A DNA stretch of 64,000 bases, taken from IMG/VR virus record IMGVR_UViG_3300027801_001565; one strand, 5' to 3'. The notes below the pieces were generated by a model, which was given only the letters and a program-made list of their open reading frames with translations, was not told where the DNA came from and did no database searches. A program made the translations under genes and the position numbers. This document shows positions 46,239 to 56,700 of this stretch, piece after piece; position 1 is the first letter of the stretch, and the number at the start of each line of letters is the position of its first letter. The DNA is from a virus.

Positions 46239-47368
46239 AGTGGTGCACTCCTTGAATTGTGATCTTTACTAAACATTAATTTTTCTGCCGTATATTGTTC
46301 TTGCCATGTGTAATCATATCGTGTAGATTTGTTCTCTATTATATTAAGATCGTTGTCAACAAAGCCTACTGCTGTTATGTTATCACACTCTTTAATTATT
46401 ATATCTAATGATTGCCAAGAGTCGTCTGGAAACAATTCAAAAGCTGGCATACCCATGACTGCATCTCCTACACCTGTTTTAGGATCATTGTAATCATAAC
46501 CTTTATCTTCTAGCCACTTAATAAAACCTGATTCTTCATCCATCCTATATAAATCTAATTCATTGCCAGGACCTGTAAGACATATTTGTACTTCGCCTAC
46601 CATAATACAATGTTGAGATATGCCGGTCTCATCTATGTATTCGTCTCCATCTTCAAACACCTCTCTAAGTGTTTTTCCTGTTTGTGCATAGTATGGAACG
46701 AGTGCGCCCCATAGTATTCCTGACTTTCCCCAGTCATTACTATGTTTGTCTTCATAATAATATTTTATTCTCTCCTTGCGTTTAACTCCATCCCAACAGA
46801 AACTGTTGTAGCTTATTCCTGTCCAACCATATGATTCAAAATCTCCATGCCCAGGTGATATGGCGTGTACATAATTTTCTATTTCATGGCAGGCATTATT
46901 AAGGCAATGTGTAGCCCAACGAGTATGGTTATCCATAATCTCATACCACTTACTTACACTCCATGTTTGTCCTATAAGTACCTCGAAGTGATGATGTAGT
47001 TGATTAAAATCATCACGAAATAAATCGGGAGTCCAACAACGCTCAGGTGTAAAGTGTTGTGTTATAGTAGGAAAGTCTGTTAGTCGGGTATTAATAACTT
47101 CAATAGCATCATTAAGTTCATCACATATCTGTTGTACGTTACGACTCCATGGCTGATCTTTTGTTTTAGGAAAGCCTTTATTCATAAAACGTTTATCTAG
47201 AAGTGCGTATGATGTTTGATTATCTATACCTATATAGTTGGATATAAGTGTTTTCTTCCAAAACTGAGATATATGCTTATCATTAATATTCCAATACATG
47301 GTGAAAGCACTCTCACCATTAGAATACTCTACAAAGAATCGTTCATTATCAAGTGTCTGTCCAATCAT
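46235..47368 (-). CDS. Hypothetical protein with His/Glu motifs
   Basis: FNQLHHHFE, LNNACHEIE, YAQTGKT. Confidence 0.65.
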   Translation of the reverse strand: MIGQTLDNERFFVEYSNGESAFTMYWNINDKHISQFWKKTLISNYIGIDNQTSYALLDKRFMNKGFPKTKDQPWSRNVQQICDELNDAIEVINTRLTDFPTITQHFTPERCWTPDLFRDDFNQLHHHFEVLIGQTWSVSKWYEIMDNHTRWATHCLNNACHEIENYVHAISPGHGDFESYGWTGISYNSFCWDGVKRKERIKYYYEDKHSNDWGKSGILWGALVPYYAQTGKTLREVFEDGDEYIDETGISQHCIMVGEVQICLTGPGNELDLYRMDEESGFIKWLEDKGYDYNDPKTGVGDAVMGMPAFELFPDDSWQSLDIIIKECDNITAVGFVDNDLNIIENKSTRYDYTWQEQYTAEKLMFSKDHNSRSAPL

Positions 47369-48114
47369 AGACGACCCTTTCTATTCCCAGCAGTTACTTC
47401 ATGTTGAGGTATAGTGTAGTGATAGAAAACTATATCTTCGTCTTCTAACTCTTCCGGGTTGTGTCCGTTGATAAAGTTCCATTTAACATGTAAGTCTTCT
47501 CCCCATCTCACACCATGATCGCTATAAGTTAAAAGCTTCCACATGGTGAAGGTGTCCCACTTACGAGCTGCCTTAGGATAGTCTCCAATTGGAATTGTCT
47601 CGTCCTGCTGTTTAACATACTCTCCCCACCAAGAATCCATTAGTCTAATTGTCTTTGGATTATTTCTGTATATAAACATGCCACAGTGCATTGTCATCTC
47701 TTCCGTATTAGAGAGTTTCGTTAGCGCTGCGTTGTATGGTCTAATCTTTGTGAACAACAAATCTAAATCATCTGGGAGTTGATCAAACACATCTGCAACT
47801 GCCTCATCCTGACATACCATATCGGCATCCAAGTAACAAGTCTTACCCTTGTATGGTGTTTGTCCTAACGCCCATAGTTTAGCTCTTATATGTTTAGGAA
47901 CTTCCCAATGTACAATATAGTCTGCGTGGTTCCAATCGCTTGGTTGTATCCAAGATTCATCATCTGTATAGACTGTAATGTGTGCTTCAGGCCAAAACAA
48001 TTTAACTGACTCTGCACATTCAATAGCTGCTTTATAAAATCTAATAGACTTAGATGCTACTATAATAAATCCATTATCAGGGAAGTCCTCAGGCTTTCTT
48101 AGCATCTTCACCAA
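47365..48114 (-). CDS. GT8-like GT-A glycosyltransferase
   Basis: RAKLWALGQTPY..TCYLDAD, HCGMFIY, WDTFT, WNF, FYHYT. Confidence 0.78.
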   Translation of the reverse strand: MVKMLRKPEDFPDNGFIIVASKSIRFYKAAIECAESVKLFWPEAHITVYTDDESWIQPSDWNHADYIVHWEVPKHIRAKLWALGQTPYKGKTCYLDADMVCQDEAVADVFDQLPDDLDLLFTKIRPYNAALTKLSNTEEMTMHCGMFIYRNNPKTIRLMDSWWGEYVKQQDETIPIGDYPKAARKWDTFTMWKLLTYSDHGVRWGEDLHVKWNFINGHNPEELEDEDIVFYHYTIPQHEVTAGNRKGRL

Positions 48115-48631
48115 TAACTCCTATCAGCTTAAGTTCTTCGGCTAGTAGTATGCTAGTTAACGCTTGCACTTCTAAAGGCGTTTTAGCTTTACGAACTAGT
48201 TTCTTGAGGGTATTGTTTTTAGAGCTTTTAAGCATTGGTATTTCAAATGCTTCAAGCTTTACATTGAATAGTTGTTCTTGTTTGGCTCTTACAATTTCAG
48301 CTTCGCGTCTTTGTAAGCGTTTCTTGATGTGTTCATCTCTACGCCTGACACCTTCTGCTGTATTAGCATCAATGACGTCTTCGCCATATTCTTCTAGTAC
48401 TGCTGAGTAGTCTGGGTTTGTTCCATCTTTATCTTGTATTGATGCGGTAGCTTTTCTACCGTCTGGATACTCAATAGTAACGATGAGATGTTTGTGTTCC
48501 TTACTAGACCAGTAAGGATCTATAAATTTGTATTTACGTTCTTTTGGTGCTTCGGGTTCAGACTCAATAAACTTCTTGTCGGTCTTAATAACCTTAGCTT
48601 CTAAAGGAATGCTCTTCTTCGGCTTTGCCAT
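48089..48631 (-). CDS. Hypothetical protein
   Basis: ORF with SD, first gene after a late promoter. Confidence 0.65.
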   Translation of the reverse strand: MAKPKKSIPLEAKVIKTDKKFIESEPEAPKERKYKFIDPYWSSKEHKHLIVTIEYPDGRKATASIQDKDGTNPDYSAVLEEYGEDVIDANTAEGVRRRDEHIKKRLQRREAEIVRAKQEQLFNVKLEAFEIPMLKSSKNNTLKKLVRKAKTPLEVQALTSILLAEELKLIGVIGEDAKKA

Positions 48632-48652
48632 AATATCTCCATAATGTAAACT

Positions 48653-48660
48653 TATTTATA
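48653..48660 (-). promoter_or_regulatory. Late promoter TATAAATA for the 48631-45579 operon
   Basis: Exact consensus in intergenic gap. Confidence 0.7.
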
Positions 48661-48667
48661 CTGCTAG

Positions 48668-49990
48668 TTAAGCAGTTCTCAACCACAGCCTTACCGTTCC
48701 TACCGTTGAACTAGAGCTTTGTATTGTATCGCCTGCGTATGTGCCTGCGTATGCTCCAGTATAGTTACCTGCGTATGTACCTGAATAGTAACCTGTATAT
48801 GTTCCGGCGTATGTACCTGCATAAGCAGATGTTCCTACATATGCTCCAGAATATGAACCTGAGTAAGCTCCTGCGTATGTTCCGGAATAACTCTTAGCAC
48901 CTGTGTAATACCCTGTGTAATAACCTGTGTAATAACCTGTGTAAGAAGTACCTGCATAACCTGAGTAATCATGAGCATAAGAGCCTGCGTAAGCTCCCGC
49001 GTAAGCTCCTGCGTATGCTGAGGTTCCTACATATGCTCCAGTATAGTTACCAGTATAGCTGCCTGCGTATGCTCCTGAATAACTCTTAGCACCTGTATAT
49101 GCTCCTGCATAGCTACCTGAGTATGTGCCTGCGTATGCTCCAGTATAGTTACCGGTATATGTACCTGAATAACTACCTGTGTAATTTTGTGATGTTACGT
49201 TTTTAGATGTATCTGTGAAACCACCTGCGTCTCCCATCTGTACCCATGTGCCTGAGCCAGGAGCAGATGATTGTAAAGTGTAAGTCCCTTTACCTTGTCC
49301 ATCCATTATTCTGTTTCTAAAATTTGGAACTAGTTGTTCCATTTCGGCAACGGACATTTCTTTAATTCCGTTTGAACCTTCTACTTTAACTGGTTTGAAA
49401 TTTGAAACTGCTGCTGTTGTAGCTGCTGTTTTCTGCCAAATATACATTGTTGCTGTTGTGCCGTCTACCTGAGTATCGTCTAATTGATATCTAGATGTCC
49501 ACGTACCACCTGATGGTGTAGATGAATTTAATGAATACTGTCCAACTGTATAGTCACTACCTGAAACCATTGAAGCTACAGTTTTGTCTATAATATCTGT
49601 ATCTAGTTGTCCGTCTGTAAACTCGTTTAATCCCGTTGTACCTGATGTTAAGTAACCTATAGGCCTGTTGGTAACACTCTCTGATGCTGTTGCACTAACT
49701 TGTTTAGCTGTGTAAGTAGTTACAGTAGAAGATGCACCGTCTGTTGGATGTGTTCCAACTGCGTCATCTCTTTTAGTATCTGTAATTGAACCAATGGTTG
49801 TACCGGAGCCTGAGCCGTCTGTTGTTACATTAAGTTCCCCTGTACCTGTTCCATTACTATTATCAGCAAAGTCCTTTGTCAGAATTGCTGAGAAATATTG
49901 TTCTATTTCATTATCTGACATTTCTTGCAGACCCTGGAAGTTTGAACTACTAACTGGATATGAAGATGCTTTGACTTTTAATGGGATCAT
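48668..49990 (-). CDS. Virion-associated protein with Tyr-x-Gly-x tetrapeptide repeats
   Basis: About 35 YxG units near the C-terminus; in the structural gene block. Confidence 0.75.
   Translation of the reverse strand: MIPLKVKASSYPVSSSNFQGLQEMSDNEIEQYFSAILTKDFADNSNGTGTGELNVTTDGSGSGTTIGSITDTKRDDAVGTHPTDGASSTVTTYTAKQVSATASESVTNRPIGYLTSGTTGLNEFTDGQLDTDIIDKTVASMVSGSDYTVGQYSLNSSTPSGGTWTSRYQLDDTQVDGTTATMYIWQKTAATTAAVSNFKPVKVEGSNGIKEMSVAEMEQLVPNFRNRIMDGQGKGTYTLQSSAPGSGTWVQMGDAGGFTDTSKNVTSQNYTGSYSGTYTGNYTGAYAGTYSGSYAGAYTGAKSYSGAYAGSYTGNYTGAYVGTSAYAGAYAGAYAGSYAHDYSGYAGTSYTGYYTGYYTGYYTGAKSYSGTYAGAYSGSYSGAYVGTSAYAGTYAGTYTGYYSGTYAGNYTGAYAGTYAGDTIQSSSSTVGTVRLWLRTA
48728..49183 (-). repeat. 12-bp-period coding repeat (Y[TSAV]G[ASTNY])
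   Basis: e.g. acctgtgtaata x3; higher-order duplication of YTGAKSYSG..YVGTSAYAG. Confidence 0.9.
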
Positions 49991-50000
49991 TGTTGTTTCC

Positions 50001-50534
50001 TTAGTTTACTCTGGTGCCTGATGCGTCATATACTACCACTGGAACTAATCTATTCCATTTGGTAGCAGCCACACCGACTAGTTTTAATGAGTGGCCTGAT
50101 GCTAAATCAACGGAAGCGTTTGTTGCTCCTGCGTCAATAGATTCGCCAGTTGTTGGGTATATCTTAATAGTGTTTGCTGAGTCATTAAGTATTGTTATTT
50201 CTAACCCTGCTGCTGTATCAGGTAGTTTAACACCTTGATTTGCTGTTGCAGTGGTTACAATATTGTATGTTGATGTAAGGCCTGTGGCTGCTGCCTGATC
50301 TGTTCCAGCTGCTGAAACAGTGGCAGAAGTACTTAGAGTACTTGAACCCGCTACCGAAATATTCGAAGACAGTGCTGCTGTAGTGCCAGTAAAGGCGCCA
50401 GAAGCGGCTAACGTTCCTGCTGCTATGTTAGAGCCTGACTCGTATTTATCGGTATTAAGATTTGTAAAGTTACCGTCTACTTCGTTGTTGGTAAGTGGAC
50501 TACCCTTTGCTGCTCTTAATGTTATAGTTGCCAT
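50001..50534 (-). CDS. Small virion/fibre protein
   Basis: ITLR..KGSPLTN.EVDGNFTNLN N-terminus; GVKLP..AG..I.I.N. Confidence 0.7.
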   Translation of the reverse strand: MATITLRAAKGSPLTNNEVDGNFTNLNTDKYESGSNIAAGTLAASGAFTGTTAALSSNISVAGSSTLSTSATVSAAGTDQAAATGLTSTYNIVTTATANQGVKLPDTAAGLEITILNDSANTIKIYPTTGESIDAGATNASVDLASGHSLKLVGVAATKWNRLVPVVVYDASGTRVN

Positions 50535-50783
50535 TTATGTTTCCTGCCTATTTGTTTTATTAACTAGAATATTAAGCATTTGCCTTATTTCAGTTATTTC
50601 TTTCTTTAAAGTATTTATATCATTCTCATACTCTAGAATTTTATTATTTCGACTTCTTTGCATCTTGTATGCCTCCAAGCCTGTATAATTTCTACTAAGT
50701 ATAGCCTTTGATTCCTTATCCCTTACGAGATCTCTTTCTCCGCTAATATTTATAACGTCTTTCTTAGGTTGTTCTTTTATCAT
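50535..50783 (-). CDS. Small coiled-coil protein conserved after VrlC-like genes
   Basis: LVRDKESKAIL...INTLKKEITEIRQML. Confidence 0.7.
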   Translation of the reverse strand: MIKEQPKKDVINISGERDLVRDKESKAILSRNYTGLEAYKMQRSRNNKILEYENDINTLKKEITEIRQMLNILVNKTNRQET

Positions 50784-50788
50784 GTGTA

Positions 50789-53700
50789 TTATGCCTGAAG
50801 AGCTATAGCCCTTAAGTCTTTAAACTTAGGTACTTGTGCTGTATTGGATGATAATGGTACAATTTTAACTGCAAAGGTTTTAAAGCCTGAGTGTGTAACA
50901 GTAGCAGTTGCTCCTGTTGCCGTCGCTCCACTACCACCACCGCCTGTAATTGTTATAGTAGGTGTACTTGTATAACCTCTTCCAGGGTTTGTAATAGTAA
51001 TTGAACTAACTGTTGTACCGCCGTTTAAATTTGCCTTTGCCGTCGCTCCAAAACCATTGCCGCCAGTTATAGAAACAGTTGGTACCGAGGAGTAACCAGA
51101 GCCTGCTGCTGTAACTGTTATTGCTGAAACAGTTTCTAAGTCGTATTCAAATTCTCCACTATTTAAACCATATGTACCGGAGCTTTTGATTGGTAAAGTG
51201 TACAAATATTCTGCAAAACCATCTGTTCTTTCGTATGGTGCTGTAGTTGATGATAGTTCTAACCAACTTAAATCTTCCTGGAAGTCTCCCTCATCTGCTG
51301 AGTTCATTAACTTACCATATACTTTAATGCTTCCTTCACTTGGAATTGAGGCATCAATATATACATTAAGATCTTCTGCGTCCATTCCGTCTTCTAGTAT
51401 TACACGTCTTGAAATGTACTTGGATTTAGCACTACCACCGGTCCTGCCGTCTTCACCTGTTGATACATTGTTAACATCATTTGCTACTAGTAGCATGTTT
51501 AACATATCCAAAGGAATCATTGGTGAGATGTTTCTTTGAGGTGTACTCATTATTAACTTCAACATTGCTGAAGCTTTAGATGCGTATGTTGTTACTTCGT
51601 TTGAATAACTGTAAATAGTTTTTTCATTTAATAGATTAAGTGTACTGTTAAATGTTAACGGTTCATACACTGGAGCTTGTTCTGCGTTACTAACAGCACC
51701 TGTTTTTGTTAGGGCTATGGATGCAATACATTGTGTTTCTGCGCCTGGCATTAATAGTGATGCGTTTAGCGCAATGTCATTAACTACCTTGTCTGTGAAT
51801 TTTTCGATTGAAGTATATCCTCTAGCTGAGCCTATCTTCATACCTGTTGTAAACTGTCCTGATCTCCAACTAACCTCGGCATACTTATGTAGGCTATTCC
51901 AGCCTTGTACAACACCTTGGTTAAGAGATACAGTTCCTGTTGCTTGTGTAGCTGAACCTGCTGAAATTGTTATAGTAGGTGCACTTAAATAACCTGATCC
52001 TGGATTAGTTACTGTTAATGCTGTTATAACATCTCCTGTAACAGTTGCTGTCATTGCTAATCCTGTTCCGTTTGTGCCTGTGTTTGTTACTGTAACAGTA
52101 GGTGTAAGTCCGCTATAACCTGTGCCTGCGTTTGTAATTGCTGGAGTAAAGCCAACAACCATATCGCCTGGTGTTAGTTGAACCATTGATGTAGGAACAT
52201 ATGTTCCAACTTCAGGTGTAATCCAATCAACTTTGGCATTTCTCACATACCCTGTTACTTTAGTATCTGTTTTAAAGTCTGCAACCTTAAGATTAAACAT
52301 CATGTCTTTTGATTGCTCAGGACTCCATGTTCTATCATTAGCCGAGCTAAACATCATACCAGCGTGTGGTTGTTTAGTTATTCTTTCTGATGTTCCGTAT
52401 TGGTTTTCACCCAACTCTGAGATCCACAATGTGTAATCTAGATTATCGTTCTCTGGTTTTGGAACAAAACAGTACTCTGTATCGTTTTGTAAATACACCA
52501 TGTCTCGGAATTTAAATGTTGTTGGTGTAAATGTTGTAACACCATCTGTTTCAGATGAAATATTAATCGATGTTCTTTCTAAATATCTAGATCCGTTTGG
52601 AACTACTTTAGGTCCAGGGACTCCATTAATTACTTCTCTTAATTCTACTGTTACTCCATCAGTTCCTGATGTAGGTCTTCCCTTGAAGAACAAATCAATT
52701 TCAGTTACAAACAATCCTCCGGCCATTCCGCCTACTGAAAATGTTTGTGCTAACGGATCGCCTCCCATATTAAATCCCCAGAAGTCGAAGCCCCAATCAA
52801 AGTTCTCTCCAAAATCGAATTGGAAGTCGTCAATAACAGGTTCTGGATCTGGAATTGGATCTGGAACTGGAATGAATATTGGCCAATCTATAATTGGCCA
52901 GCCGAATAGAGCAGGCGTGAAGAATAGCGGTGGATCGGGAGGAGCTGTGAATGTTTCAGGTGGCGCCGTGAATGTTACTGGCGTTATAATCTGTGTAAAG
53001 GTTACAACTTCAGTAAATGAAGCTACATTAGTAAACGTTACTACCGGTGCTGGTACAGGTGTTACTGGTGCCGGTACTTCAACAAATACCGTCTCTGTTA
53101 CTGTGTTGTCTATTATAGTAACAATAGGTGGGTTGTTTATAATAACCGGTGCCGGTGCTGGTGGGAGGGGTGACCCTGCTCCAATAGAAACACCTAAAGA
53201 CACATCTGTTGTTACTCTATCATCTGAAAATTGAGATGTATTAACGTTAGCAGTTTTCATTGCAACAATAGTGTCTTGCTTTGTCTGTGTTAGTCCTGAT
53301 GACTCATATATTGCTGTTGCTGATGTTACCGAAATCTTATCGTTATTTGTGGGACTGTCTGTTAGTTTAAATACTCTAGCACCTGTTCTAAATACCCCTT
53401 GAGGTATTAGGAAGTTAACTGCTACAACTCCAGCTGCGTCTGTCATAAGCACTTGGTTGCCAGTTGATAGTGTACAATTTGTCGTTACACTTTCACCATC
53501 GAAGAATGGATAAACTCTAGTATTAGGTTTTAATCTTCTTGCTTGAACTACAACCAATCTAGAACGCATAAATGGTGCAATGGCTGTATCAACTACCTTC
53601 TCTCCTAGGTTTTGTGTCTCAGTTGATGCCGAAATGTCTAATGCAATACCCTGTCTAACTTGGGTTTGTTGTGTTGTAGTGGTGGTAAATAGTGAAGAAC

Positions 53701-56700
53701 TTCCGTCTCCCCCGCCTGTTGAAAATGTATCTAAGGCCTGGGTTGTTGATGTAACATTTGCTACACCGGTGTCTTCCCAATCGCCCCATTGTGTGCCCCA
53801 AGCGTCTGCCATGTTTTCCCAAGCATCGTAGTTACCATCAAAGTTTACATTGACTGCTGGCCTAATAGCTGTGTCTACATAGTTGTCTACGTTAGGATTG
53901 AGTGTTATATCTCCGAAATAGTTAAATTGTAACTCTTTAGCTAAGTTCTCAAATTGACTTGCTTTGTTTTGTTCTATATACATTCTTTGAGAATACGGGA
54001 GTGATAATGAACTACCAGTTCTAACTAGAGTTGATACTGTGTTACTAGTGGGATTAGTGATACCTGAATGTACAAGAGTCTCAATGTTTTCTGTAACAAA
54101 GAACGGCCTCGCATGTTTGGCTTTACCATCAACTGCTATGTGGTAATCAGGATCTAATACTGCCCCTACGTTGTGGCCTGTGAAAGGATCCACTAATATG
54201 CCATTTTTAAATCTATCTGTTCCACTAGCATTAATAATTGTTTGATCTTTAGCATATGTCTCTAATAAGTTTAAAGATGCATAATACTCTAAGTTTTTAA
54301 TCCTAGATTCTAATCCACCAATGTCTTGCATTGTGAATCTTTTATTAGCTGCTTGTTTTACTACTACACCATAATCAGGCCTGTTTACTGTCTTGGCTAA
54401 TTGAGGTGAAACACATGGATATGGTGGCAATTTAATATTTGCCAAAGTCATTGATTGAGCAGGTTCAGGTGGTAACTTAGGCGTATTTGAATTTGCCCCT
54501 TCTACTATTCTGAAATTGCCGTCAAAGTCTAATACTACTCTAATATGTTTTCCAATGTAGTATTGTAAGTCTGTTGTAAATGTGCCTGTAGGTACTGGAT
54601 TTGTTAATCCTGAACCGGGTCTGTTAATTGTTTCAGATGCATCAGGGTTAACAGTAGCACCAGCTAACGTTGCTGAGGTTGCTGCTGTATTAATTGTTTT
54701 AGGTCTAAAGTCGATTGAATCTCTAAGATCTATATCGCCATATTTATTTGATCTATAAAGTGGAATGTCCTCTGTTCTGATTGTGCCGGATGCTGGTGTT
54801 GCAGTATCATCTACAGGGTAACTATCTACACTTGAGAACGTTGCTGTTGAAACTGTGTCCGTAAAGAACGACATCTTAACAACGATATATCTGTTTGTTG
54901 ATAAATTAATAGTACTTGTTGAATGTTTAAATAGTTTAGCTTGGCCAAAGTAGTTGTCTTGTTGACCTGTTATAAATCTAAACTGATCTGTTACATCTAC
55001 TTGTCCTGTTACATAGTCTGAATTGCTACCAATTGTAATAGATGATATTTTATATCCATCACAAACACCTAGGTTATATTCACCTGATGTTGAATTTACA
55101 TGTGTACCAGTATCAAGTTTAATGTATTTGTCTACTTGTAAAGCTTTAGCAATTGGTTGTGCGTTTGCTATTTGAGTATTAACATATACTCTTACATCTG
55201 CCGAACCCGCTCCTACTGTAATTGCTCCGCCTAGATCTATTGTTATAGATGTTGAACTGTTAACAGTAACCGAAGCATTTGTATTTGTTGATGTTAAGTC
55301 TATATAATCGCCGGCCGCGATTGTTGCTACATTTTGTACGAATCCGTCTTTACTAACAACAATAAAGTTGCTAACAATTTGAGAATCTGTTAATGTCCCA
55401 GAGTATGGGAATGTCTCACTTCCGGAAGTTGTTATTGTAACGTTACCACCAGATGTATCTAGTGTTACATCATACTCTTTCATGTATGTGTATGTGTAGT
55501 CTAATGAGCCAGCATCGGCTTCTAATGTTTTAATATTTTTATATGGAAGTTTGTAAACTAATTTGTTTACTTTTGTTTCGCTTAGTACAGCTTTACTACT
55601 TACTAATACAGCATTTGCTATACCTGGGTTTGCTGTTTCTGATCTAAGGCCTCTGACTGCTGTAAAATCACCTGAAGACATTTTAACATCATATAAGTAA
55701 ATTCTATATACTGCTGATGTTGCTCCGGCTGTTCCGCTAGTCCAACATATGTGTCTTGCTTTTGCTGTACCAACTTTTGTTCCTGCTGCTGAAGCAGCGC
55801 CGTCTTGTACTGCATTGTATAAGTCTACAACTGTTCCACCATCTACATCAAATACACCGTGTGTATGATTTACGCTTATATAATTACCATAAGCAGTAGA
55901 CAATGTTCTTGATTCTTCAGTCTCAAATGCTAATGATTTGTATATTGGAATTCTTTTTGTGCTTGATAGTTCTCTTTTAAAACCACCAACATATGAAATA
56001 CCTGGATCTATTCCAATAACAAGTGCTTTGTTTGTTCCGTTATTAGCAGCTGTATATAGGCCGCCATTTGTACCGTTATTAAGATGCTCTCTTATTGAAA
56101 CAGTATTACCCTTAACTAAGTAGTTGCCTGATTCGTCATAAGTCCTTCCAGCTAGGATTTTACCTACGCCTGATAGTGGATTGTCTTTAAGATTAATCCT
56201 TTGAATTTCTCCGCCAGTCCAATTAACATATGTGTAAAAGTTTTCTGGTTTTGTAGCTGTATCATCATATGATGCTAGAGTAACTGTATACTCTAAACGA
56301 TCTGCTCCAGGAGCATTAAAGTTAAACGATCCCTGTGCCGGATCTAATAAGCTATTATCTGTTGATGATTGTTTTACTGCCTCGCCTATTAGGAAGCCAA
56401 CATTTTTGGATTTCATTCCGTAGTATTTGTCGACTAAACAACTAATTTTATTTGTTTTAATAAATGCGCCACGTGCGTATATAACACCGGGTTCAAGTAT
56501 AACTCTACTTGTTTGTCCTGAATAGCCTGTAGCTGAATTTACAACTAGCGTATCGCCGTTGTATAAAGCGTAACCATATCCTGTAGTTGTTCCGTCTGAT
56601 GGAATGAGTGTTAGTGTTTCACTTGCCTGAAAAGTAGTCTTAGTAGATGTTATACTGCTTGTATTATATACTAAATACAAAGTTTTCATGTTAGGTGCGC

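Noticed and set aside
48728-49183. Periodic repeat as CRISPR array or ice-nucleation protein
   Set aside because: It is a 12-bp coding repeat without unique spacers, and it lacks the 16-residue AGYGSTxTA periodicity of InaZ-type proteins
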